From IMG/VR virus record IMGVR_UViG_3300020213_000001: DNA of 64,000 nt; one strand, written 5' to 3'. This DNA is from a virus. The translations under genes and the position numbers were made by a program. Within the stretch, counting starts at the first letter, position 1. Every line of letters begins with the position of its first letter. The notes under the pieces are model-generated. The model was not told where the DNA came from. It made no database searches and saw only the letters and a program-made list of their open reading frames with translations. This document shows, piece by piece, positions 56,682-64,000 of this stretch.

Positions 56682-57467
56682 ATGTCTGAAAAATTTTACA
56701 CCGCTAAAGAGATGGCCGTTGCTGCTCTTAAAAAGTATCAAGAACTATGTGAAAACAAAGACTTAAGTAAGGCCAACACTTCTCACGAAATTGAAGGCGG
56801 CGAAGAGCCTAACATTGAAGATGCTGAGTGTCCTGAACAGCTAGCCGCTGAAGGTACCGTTGGCATCAGTTCCAAGCCCAAGAAGAAAAACCCTGACGGT
56901 AGTGATTCTGAAGAAGACGAGGTAAGCGAAGGCGAATCTCAAGCTATGGAAGAAAGTGCTAAGGAAGAAGTCGGCGAACACGAAGACGAAATGCACGAAG
57001 AAAAAGAAAAGTCTGAAGAGTCTGAAAAGTCTGAAGAGCCTAAGAAAGAAAATAAAAAGCCAGCCTTCATGAAAAGTGAAGCAGCAAGCGTCAAGCCACT
57101 TAAGAAGTTCATTGAAAAGATGGAAATGAAGAAAGCCATTGTTGACGAAGGTAAGAGCGACAGTGATAAGGTGAAATCACGTAGTGAAAGAGGGAACCAT
57201 AGTATCTCCAAAAAGATTTATGGTCAAGATATTGGAATAAATAAACCCATTTCAGAAAAGGGAGGGGTTTCTCACGTTGGGCATTCGCTAAAAGTTGGTA
57301 AAAAACTTTTACCAGGAAGCTCTAAAGACATTGAACACGACGCAAAAAAGTACCATAAAGGTGTTATTTCTGAACAAAAAGGAATGAAGAAACCCAGCCT
57401 TCCTAAGTCTGAAGAAATGAATAAGTCCAGTAAAGTTGAACAATTCCTTGGTGTTGAGAAAAAATAA
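56682..57467 (+). CDS. acidic/basic low-complexity virion protein sharing a module with 52697..54319
   Basis: EEPKKENKKPAFMK and KKP.LPKSEE are shared. Confidence 0.75.
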   Translation: MSEKFYTAKEMAVAALKKYQELCENKDLSKANTSHEIEGGEEPNIEDAECPEQLAAEGTVGISSKPKKKNPDGSDSEEDEVSEGESQAMEESAKEEVGEHEDEMHEEKEKSEESEKSEEPKKENKKPAFMKSEAASVKPLKKFIEKMEMKKAIVDEGKSDSDKVKSRSERGNHSISKKIYGQDIGINKPISEKGGVSHVGHSLKVGKKLLPGSSKDIEHDAKKYHKGVISEQKGMKKPSLPKSEEMNKSSKVEQFLGVEKK

Positions 57468-57715
57468 TGGCTAAAAGAGAAGAAAAAAACACATTGCTAG
57501 AAGCTAAAGAAATGCGCAGGCTTGCTCATGAACAAAAGCAAGTCTCTGTTAAAGAAGACACTAGGGAAGAGTTTCGTAAGTTTTTTGTAAAACTAAAAAC
57601 TAAGTACGAGTTAGACGGGAAACTTGAAAATGTAATGTGGCTTCATTTTAAAGCCGCTGGTTTTGACAAAAAAGAAAAATTCCAAGACGGTGTTTTTCAT
57701 TTTGGTCTACGATAG
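57467..57715 (+). CDS. hypothetical protein
   Basis: Coupled ORF upstream of the sheath. Confidence 0.7.
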   Translation: MAKREEKNTLLEAKEMRRLAHEQKQVSVKEDTREEFRKFFVKLKTKYELDGKLENVMWLHFKAAGFDKKEKFQDGVFHFGLR

Positions 57716-57738
57716 AAAAATTTAGATAGGAGATATAT

Positions 57739-59892
57739 ATGGTACAAAGAGTAACTACTTCATTCGGGACTTTCACTAAACCTGGCTTTTATTACAAGCA
57801 AAGCGTAAAATCTAACCCAGTAGGGGTCGCAGTTAGCGGTAATATCGTTATTATCGGTGAATCTTCTGGTGGAGCAAAATACACTGAAGAAACCCTCAAG
57901 GACAACTCCTTCTCTCCAGACCAGTTGGACAGGGTTATTGATAAATACACCTCAGGCCCTATCGTAGATGCATTTAGAGCCCTATCAAACCCCTCTTCTG
58001 ACGCCAACATTACAGGTTCAGCAAATAGGATCTTCATCGTTAAAACTAACGGTGGTACTCAGGCCACCCATACAATTGCTAACTCTTACGGCTCTCTTAC
58101 AGATAAGAATTACGGTACTGACGGTAATAAATACTTTTACCAAGTAACCTCTGTTCAAGATGAAACCGGCGCAGCCCATGAGGGCAGTGTAATTCCAGGC
58201 TACGATGTTGCCTTGACTGGTGTTGAGTTTGCAGTTAGAGTACAGGGTGGAGCGTCAATTGCAATTAACGTCTTTACTGGCGCTTCAACTGATTACGACA
58301 CCAGGAGCGAAGTTATCGCTCTTATTGATGCCGCATTGCCCGCTGGTCTTAGCTGCGTAGCTGGGACTGCCGCCAATACTATTCGCATCGAGTCAGACCT
58401 AGATAGTCTTGCTAATCGCAAGGGTTATTCTAAGGCTTTTGAGCTAATAGACAGTACTCTAGGCGACCTAGCCGCCCTTGGTTTTGATGCAGGTCTTTAT
58501 ACCTCCTCTGCCGAACCCAAGTCTCAGATTGATATCAAGCGTAGTGATATCAATCTAAATGAGTCTTTCGTTTCTGAAGCCGCTGTTGCTTTCGGAATCG
58601 GTTACGAAGGAACTACTGCTGTAATGACCATTAGCGCCACTTCCTTGAGCACTACCGTAACTGGTGGCTCCGGTGCTAACCTTTCACTACAACTATCTAA
58701 CTACCCTACTGTTAAAGACCTTTCAGACTTCATCAATAGCCAGACTGGTTATTCTGCAGATGTGAATTCAAACAGCACTCAATCTTCTCCCTTTGATTTA
58801 GATCAAGTCATTGCTTTGGGTATTGCCAGCACTGATTCTGACATTACACCTGGCAAAGTTAAGCGTTCATTGGCTAATTTTGAAACTGGCATGTTGAATG
58901 CTTCTAGGCTTGATTTTGAAGCTACAGCGACTGCCGGACTACCTGACGAAACAGCATCTGTTAACTATCTAGTCGGTGGACTAAGGGGCGCAACATTGGC
59001 CGCCGATGTTGTCGGTGCAGTAAATATCTGTGAAACCGTTGATATCAACTTTGTATTGCCACTGTTCTCAAGGAACGCATCTTCAGACATTACTGATGGT
59101 TTAACCGATTCTGGCTCTACTTATACTATTGCCGCAATAAACGCATTGGTTAAGAATCACTGTTTAAAGATGGTTGATCCACATATCAAGAAACCACGCC
59201 AAGGCGCTTGTTCCTTTTGGGGAACTTATTCTGAAGCTAAAGACGCAATGGCACAACTAGGTGGTGGATTGTTTACTCTATGTTTCCAAAAATCTTCACA
59301 AGTTGACGGTTTTGGAGCGATTGTTAGCTTTCAACCTTGGCACACTGCCTGTATTGCCGTTGGTATGCAGACTGCTGGTTTCTATAAGAACATTGTTAAC
59401 AAATACGCCAACGTAATTTCCTTTGAAGACCCAAGCGGTTTTGATTCTGGAAGTCCTGGAGATGTTGACGATGCACTAACCGCTGGCGGGCTTTTCCTTG
59501 AAAAAGACACCTTTGGTAATAAGTGGGTAAGCGATCAAACTACCTACGGTTTTGACGAAAACTTCGTCTATAACTCACTACAGGCTGTTTATACATCAAA
59601 CCTAGTAGCCCTGGACCTTAACGATAGCTTCCAGAGAGCGTTTATCGGTCAATCACTTGCCGATGTTGACGCTAGCACTGGTCTATCCTTCCTAGCCTCT
59701 AAAATGGATGTTTACAAGAAACAGAAATTGATTGGCACATCTGACGATGCACCCGCTGGTTATAAGAATGCAAAGATCGAAATTCAAGGGCCTGCCATTT
59801 ATGTTTACGTTGAATATAAACTAGCTACAGGGCTTTATTTCGGAATTCTTGATTTGAAAATTTCTCAAATCAGCTCTAGCGCATCACAATAA
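57739..59892 (+). CDS. contractile tail sheath protein
   Basis: N-terminal KPGFY, IIGESSGG, SGPIVDA; C-terminal WVSDQTTY; 717 aa, followed by a tube gene. Confidence 0.88.
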   Translation: MVQRVTTSFGTFTKPGFYYKQSVKSNPVGVAVSGNIVIIGESSGGAKYTEETLKDNSFSPDQLDRVIDKYTSGPIVDAFRALSNPSSDANITGSANRIFIVKTNGGTQATHTIANSYGSLTDKNYGTDGNKYFYQVTSVQDETGAAHEGSVIPGYDVALTGVEFAVRVQGGASIAINVFTGASTDYDTRSEVIALIDAALPAGLSCVAGTAANTIRIESDLDSLANRKGYSKAFELIDSTLGDLAALGFDAGLYTSSAEPKSQIDIKRSDINLNESFVSEAAVAFGIGYEGTTAVMTISATSLSTTVTGGSGANLSLQLSNYPTVKDLSDFINSQTGYSADVNSNSTQSSPFDLDQVIALGIASTDSDITPGKVKRSLANFETGMLNASRLDFEATATAGLPDETASVNYLVGGLRGATLAADVVGAVNICETVDINFVLPLFSRNASSDITDGLTDSGSTYTIAAINALVKNHCLKMVDPHIKKPRQGACSFWGTYSEAKDAMAQLGGGLFTLCFQKSSQVDGFGAIVSFQPWHTACIAVGMQTAGFYKNIVNKYANVISFEDPSGFDSGSPGDVDDALTAGGLFLEKDTFGNKWVSDQTTYGFDENFVYNSLQAVYTSNLVALDLNDSFQRAFIGQSLADVDASTGLSFLASKMDVYKKQKLIGTSDDAPAGYKNAKIEIQGPAIYVYVEYKLATGLYFGILDLKISQISSSASQ

Positions 59893-59911
59893 TAAGTAAT
59901 TAGGAGTTTAT

Positions 59912-60373
59912 ATGGCTAAGTCAAAAGTTTTTAATGGTGCTCGGGCCCTTGTATATGTAGACAACGTACTCGTGGGTTTGTTTGATTCATGTAATTATTC
60001 GGTAAATATCGGTGCAGAGGCTATCCACACCCTAGGTCGATTTGGGCCCCAAGAAATTACCCCCACTTCTTATGAAGCTGTGACAGTTAATTGCTCAGGA
60101 TTTAGGATCATTGGAAACGGTGGACACATTCTACCAAAATTCCCCAAGCTTCAAGATCTTTTGAATCTAGAGTCAATCACCCTAGCTATGACCGATAGGC
60201 AATCTCCTGCCGGTTCTGCTCCAGTTATGACTGTGGAAAACTGTATCCCTATCAGCTACGGGACAGGCGCTCAGGGTAAGGCTACCGGCCGTATCTCTGT
60301 AACTTACATGGGAACTAACGCTACAGATGAGTCTGGACCTCAGTCTGAAGGTGGAGCTGCCACTCTTCCTTAA
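59912..60373 (+). CDS. tail tube protein
   Basis: FNGARA...VG, IHTLGR..PQEI; directly after the sheath. Confidence 0.82.
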   Translation: MAKSKVFNGARALVYVDNVLVGLFDSCNYSVNIGAEAIHTLGRFGPQEITPTSYEAVTVNCSGFRIIGNGGHILPKFPKLQDLLNLESITLAMTDRQSPAGSAPVMTVENCIPISYGTGAQGKATGRISVTYMGTNATDESGPQSEGGAATLP

Positions 60374-60394
60374 GCCATATATCACGGTAGTGTT

Positions 60395-60778
60395 ATGAAA
60401 AATGAACAAATATTTGATCTACTTAAGGAAGTTAGAGAAGATCAAAAAGAGCTTAGAAATTCATTATCAGAACACCACGCCACATCTGTTGGTAACTCTA
60501 AAGAGTTGGGCTATTTTAAAGAAAACCTCAACAAAAACAACCTGTTACTAGAACGCCTCACTAAAACCGTTGAATTACATGAGATGCGCTCTACTAGCTT
60601 AGAAAAAATCGTAAATGGCTCCAAAAGCAACATCGGTCACTCTGATAGAATATCAGCCCTAGAAGTACCTGTTAAAGCCAAGGACTACTGGCTTAAATCA
60701 TCTGTAAAATGGTCAGCACTAATAGCCAGTATTATCGGTATCTTAGCTACAATAGCTAAGGTGTTGGGGCTAATCTAA
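60395..60778 (+). CDS. coiled-coil protein with C-terminal TM helix (holin/XhlA-like)
   Basis: RISALE...WSALIASIIGILATIAKVLGLI. Confidence 0.55.
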   Translation: MKNEQIFDLLKEVREDQKELRNSLSEHHATSVGNSKELGYFKENLNKNNLLLERLTKTVELHEMRSTSLEKIVNGSKSNIGHSDRISALEVPVKAKDYWLKSSVKWSALIASIIGILATIAKVLGLI

Positions 60779-60837
60779 CAATCCCTTAAATTACAATCTT
60801 TTACTTGGGACACTAAGGGTAGTGTTACAGGGGTTTT

Positions 60838-61806
60838 ATGGCTATAGAGCGCAGTTGGAATGCAGTTCCAACACGTTTATTTATTCAAAATGGTGGAGCA
60901 GACGGATCTATTATCCTATCTACTGCTTCTGGATTTAGAGTAAAGCAATACGTAAAAATAGAAAGCTCTTTAGTTTCTTCTGTAATACTAGAAGTCAAAA
61001 AAGTCATATCTGAAACTACAATCCTTGTAGGTCCTAGAGATAAAAACATAAACTCTCGAATAGACTTAAGTAATTTTTTAATTACCGATTCTGCCACTAT
61101 TTCTGCAGAAGAGCAGAGAAAAGTGGTAGTACCTAAGGATGACCAGGGGTTTTACACTTATGAGCAGGAGCCTGTAGTAGCCAGGCGAGTTATAAGTGTA
61201 GACGAATTTGGTAACTTTTACAGCACAGAAAACCCACTATCTGTTAGGTTATCCGACGGATCTATCAGTATTGGGACGGTAAACGCAGAACTTGAAGTTC
61301 AATTGTCTCATCAAAACAATGTCCCCAACGCTGGAGATGTTGCAGATAGTGTCAGGATAGGTAATGGAACAAACGAATTAGCAATAAACCCAGACGGATC
61401 TATAAACGTTGGTGTTGTGCTGTTTCCAGCAGGGGCGGCTACTGAAGCAAAACAAGATACACAAATTGTTGCTTTAAATTCTATAGATACTAAATTAGAT
61501 AATTTGGCAATAGAGGCCATGACAGAGGCTACAAATCCTGACAATATAATGACCGTTGGAACACTAAACGGGCAAAAAGATTCAACAAAATACGGTTTTG
61601 TTAATAACATTAAAAATCAAATATTAGCCTCACACGATAGGGTGCAAGCTGTTACTTATGTTGATTTTGGAAATAAAAATGAAAGAATTACAAAAATAGA
61701 ATATAGCAGCCCGACATTTCCGGGAACTATAGCCTCTAAAAACATTGCTTATAGCTTAATTAGTAATAAATACAGAAGAGACTCAATAACTTGGGTTATC
61801 GTTTAA
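60838..61806 (+). CDS. virion structural protein
   Basis: Late motif upstream; LAINPDGSINV, GAATEAKQD. Confidence 0.6.
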   Translation: MAIERSWNAVPTRLFIQNGGADGSIILSTASGFRVKQYVKIESSLVSSVILEVKKVISETTILVGPRDKNINSRIDLSNFLITDSATISAEEQRKVVVPKDDQGFYTYEQEPVVARRVISVDEFGNFYSTENPLSVRLSDGSISIGTVNAELEVQLSHQNNVPNAGDVADSVRIGNGTNELAINPDGSINVGVVLFPAGAATEAKQDTQIVALNSIDTKLDNLAIEAMTEATNPDNIMTVGTLNGQKDSTKYGFVNNIKNQILASHDRVQAVTYVDFGNKNERITKIEYSSPTFPGTIASKNIAYSLISNKYRRDSITWVIV

Positions 61807-61816
61807 GGAGTATCAG

Positions 61817-63898
61817 ATGGGATATAAAAATTTAAATTTACTAGAAAGTGTCGTGACCACTTATGATCAAACAAAAACTACAGTTTTTGGAAGGGTTTCT
61901 GAGAGAACAGTGTTTGGAAGTCCGTCGCTAGGCCCCTCTGTTCCACATTTTGCAGATGTACTTGTGGAGTCTTCTGTTATTCCTTCTGGAGTAACCTTCC
62001 CATCTACCGTAGAAACAGGGGATATTGTTAGGGTATTTGCTATGGGAACCCCAATAGCCGGTTCAGTAGCTTTAATTCTATATAACAATAACATTAAATT
62101 GGGAACTCTTACTTATGTCGGAAAGTTGATCATTTCCTCTCCAGATATTACTACAACCACTTCTTTTCGTGGACTAGAGGTATTGGATACTGGTACCACT
62201 GGTTGGAAAGTATTTTTTAGCTATACCAATGCAGTGCTTATTAACGGTGGGATTAGTCTTCTAAACAAAATTGATTTAGCCGACTTTACTCCGTTAGGAG
62301 CTGTTTCAATTGCGCCAGCCACCGGTGATGACCAAAAAGCTAAATATTTTCTGCAAGATCCGGCTAATATTGGAGTAGGTCAATTAAACATAGCCTCTGT
62401 GGGTATGCTTTTAGATCAAGCCAATAATAAAGCCTATGTACATAACGGCACAGCAGCCACACATCAATACTATGTCTATGATACGTCAATAGCGCCTACT
62501 TTTACAGAATCTGCAATTACAGGCACAAACGCCGCGCCAGGAGTATTCACACTAACAGCCCACGGTTTTTTAAATAGCGATCCAATCTTATTTAAAACTA
62601 CCGGATCTTATACGGGATTGATCACCAACACTGTTTACTTTGCAAGAAATATTACATCAAATACTTTTGAAATGTCCACTACCTCCGTCGGTGCTTCCAT
62701 AAGCACGGTTGGTTCGCAAGCTGGAGTACACGTAATTGGCAGGGCATTTGGTACTACTGGGGGCAATTTTGTTACAAAAACTGGTAACTTGACCCCACTA
62801 GTCGGTGTACTACTGGCCAATAACGGTGAAAACTACGCAAATCCTCAGCACGTATCTTATGGTGCCCTGGTAGGCAATGGTTGTGCGGCTTTTGGTACTA
62901 CCACTAACCTATACATGGGTAAACTTAGTGATTTAACAAGTGCCGCAACATCGTGGACTTCACTAACTACTTCAAATGTTTTAGGTAGTTTGAACGAGGT
63001 AACACTACCTACTGTTACATTTTGTCAATTTTCCAACACTTTGGATTTGTTTGTTCTTATATCAAACATATCTTTATATTACGGTAAGAGGCTGGTAAAC
63101 AATGAATACCAGTTTAAAGGTGGGAGAACAAATAATTCTTATTATGAGGCTATGTCAAATACCTTTGGATCGGTTAGATTTGGGCTAACAACTGTATCTG
63201 GTTTTAATATTGGTAGCGGGATTGCCATTATGGTGGGAACTACCATTGGTCAAAGAGGGTTTGTTTCTTTAGACATGTCAATTGATGAAAGAGTTGGTAG
63301 AGATAGTGTCATCACTAAAGTAATGGACACACCAAACAGTATACTAAAGGCAGTTTCTGTTATTGATAAACTAGGAGCCCTTACAGATACATATTCTATT
63401 TATTATAGAACCAGTGGCTTTGGTTCCGCAACCGGTGGTTGGGTACTTTGTGATAAAACTGAATTGAGTTCGTTAGTTATCCCTACACAAATACAACTAA
63501 AAATTACCTGGAACATACTTAAGGTTACATCTCAAACAGCATCTCAAATATCTGATATTGTTATTGTTACAGAATCTAACGACGACATCTCAGACAACTG
63601 GGAATACTCACATGATAGCTCAAGCAGTCTTTCCCCAACTAGAGTAGCATTTAGACTAAAGTTTGCATATGGCAGCTCAATTCCAAGCACCCTTCGTTTT
63701 AGATCTTACGACTTAGATGGAAATCTATTGCTTAATCAAACCATTACAAGCAATCCCGCCAATTTCCAGTACTCCGATGATGAAGGAGCTACTTGGCTAT
63801 CTCTTGGGACTATTCCAAACGTAGTCGGCACGCTAGTTCGTTACACGTTTACATCACCTCCGGGAGTAGACATTAGACCAGCCTTGAGAGATAGTTAA
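61817..63898 (+). CDS. tail fibre/appendage-like structural protein
   Basis: Thr/Gly/Ser-rich beta protein; PGVFTLTAHGF...YFAR.ITSNTF; Asp-box-like YSDDEGATW. Confidence 0.6.
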   Translation: MGYKNLNLLESVVTTYDQTKTTVFGRVSERTVFGSPSLGPSVPHFADVLVESSVIPSGVTFPSTVETGDIVRVFAMGTPIAGSVALILYNNNIKLGTLTYVGKLIISSPDITTTTSFRGLEVLDTGTTGWKVFFSYTNAVLINGGISLLNKIDLADFTPLGAVSIAPATGDDQKAKYFLQDPANIGVGQLNIASVGMLLDQANNKAYVHNGTAATHQYYVYDTSIAPTFTESAITGTNAAPGVFTLTAHGFLNSDPILFKTTGSYTGLITNTVYFARNITSNTFEMSTTSVGASISTVGSQAGVHVIGRAFGTTGGNFVTKTGNLTPLVGVLLANNGENYANPQHVSYGALVGNGCAAFGTTTNLYMGKLSDLTSAATSWTSLTTSNVLGSLNEVTLPTVTFCQFSNTLDLFVLISNISLYYGKRLVNNEYQFKGGRTNNSYYEAMSNTFGSVRFGLTTVSGFNIGSGIAIMVGTTIGQRGFVSLDMSIDERVGRDSVITKVMDTPNSILKAVSVIDKLGALTDTYSIYYRTSGFGSATGGWVLCDKTELSSLVIPTQIQLKITWNILKVTSQTASQISDIVIVTESNDDISDNWEYSHDSSSSLSPTRVAFRLKFAYGSSIPSTLRFRSYDLDGNLLLNQTITSNPANFQYSDDEGATWLSLGTIPNVVGTLVRYTFTSPPGVDIRPALRDS

Positions 63899-63899
63899 T

Positions 63900-64000
63900 A
63901 TGCCAAATATATTTGCGTATGGAAGTGCCTACCAGGGCACTTCCTCTCCAGTAGACAATCCATTAATATACCCTATATCCAGGGCGTATCAAGGTACATC
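63900..64000 (+). CDS. partial ORF (MPNIFAYGSAYQG...)
   Basis: ATG directly after the previous stop; open to the window end. Confidence 0.55.
   Translation, partial: MPNIFAYGSAYQGTSSPVDNPLIYPISRAYQGT

Noticed and set aside
1-64000. Stop-codon reassignment
   Set aside because: Code 11 gives dense, full-length genes, and TAA, TAG and TGA all end well-supported genes
1-64000. tRNA, rRNA or large ncRNA genes
   Set aside because: Intergenic gaps are short and I saw no cloverleaf or T-loop signatures; a covariance-model scan was not run

Overview
This 64-kb window is part of a large tailed dsDNA phage (myovirus, probably jumbo-sized), AT-rich, standard genetic code. I found no host housekeeping genes, tRNA, rRNA or CRISPR array. 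From 1 to about 26.2 kb the minus strand carries replication, recombination and nucleotide genes: gp32-like SSB, DnaE, DnaQ, T5-A1-like nuclease, class II RNR, SbcC/SbcD, dCMP deaminase, GroES, a sigma70-like factor and an SF2 helicase. From about 28.7 to 41.1 kb the minus strand carries a head block: MuF-like protein, portal, TerL, GroEL, AAA ATPase, major capsid and scaffold. From 41.3 kb onward the plus strand carries prohead protease, neck, sheath, tube and fibre-like genes. Best candidate for a new system: head-associated proteins punctuated by a hydrophobic-x-K-[S/A/G/T] motif that resembles the Lys|Ser capsid maturation site of SPO1-like/Herelleviridae phages. These include a 1159-aa polyprotein (ART-GNAT-ART-zincin-lysozyme-like) and an acidic protein with an mCpol-like nucleotide-cyclase domain. 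There is also a possible split sigma factor, two recurring promoter motifs and apparent leaderless transcription. All assignments come from motif recognition by eye; no database searches were run.
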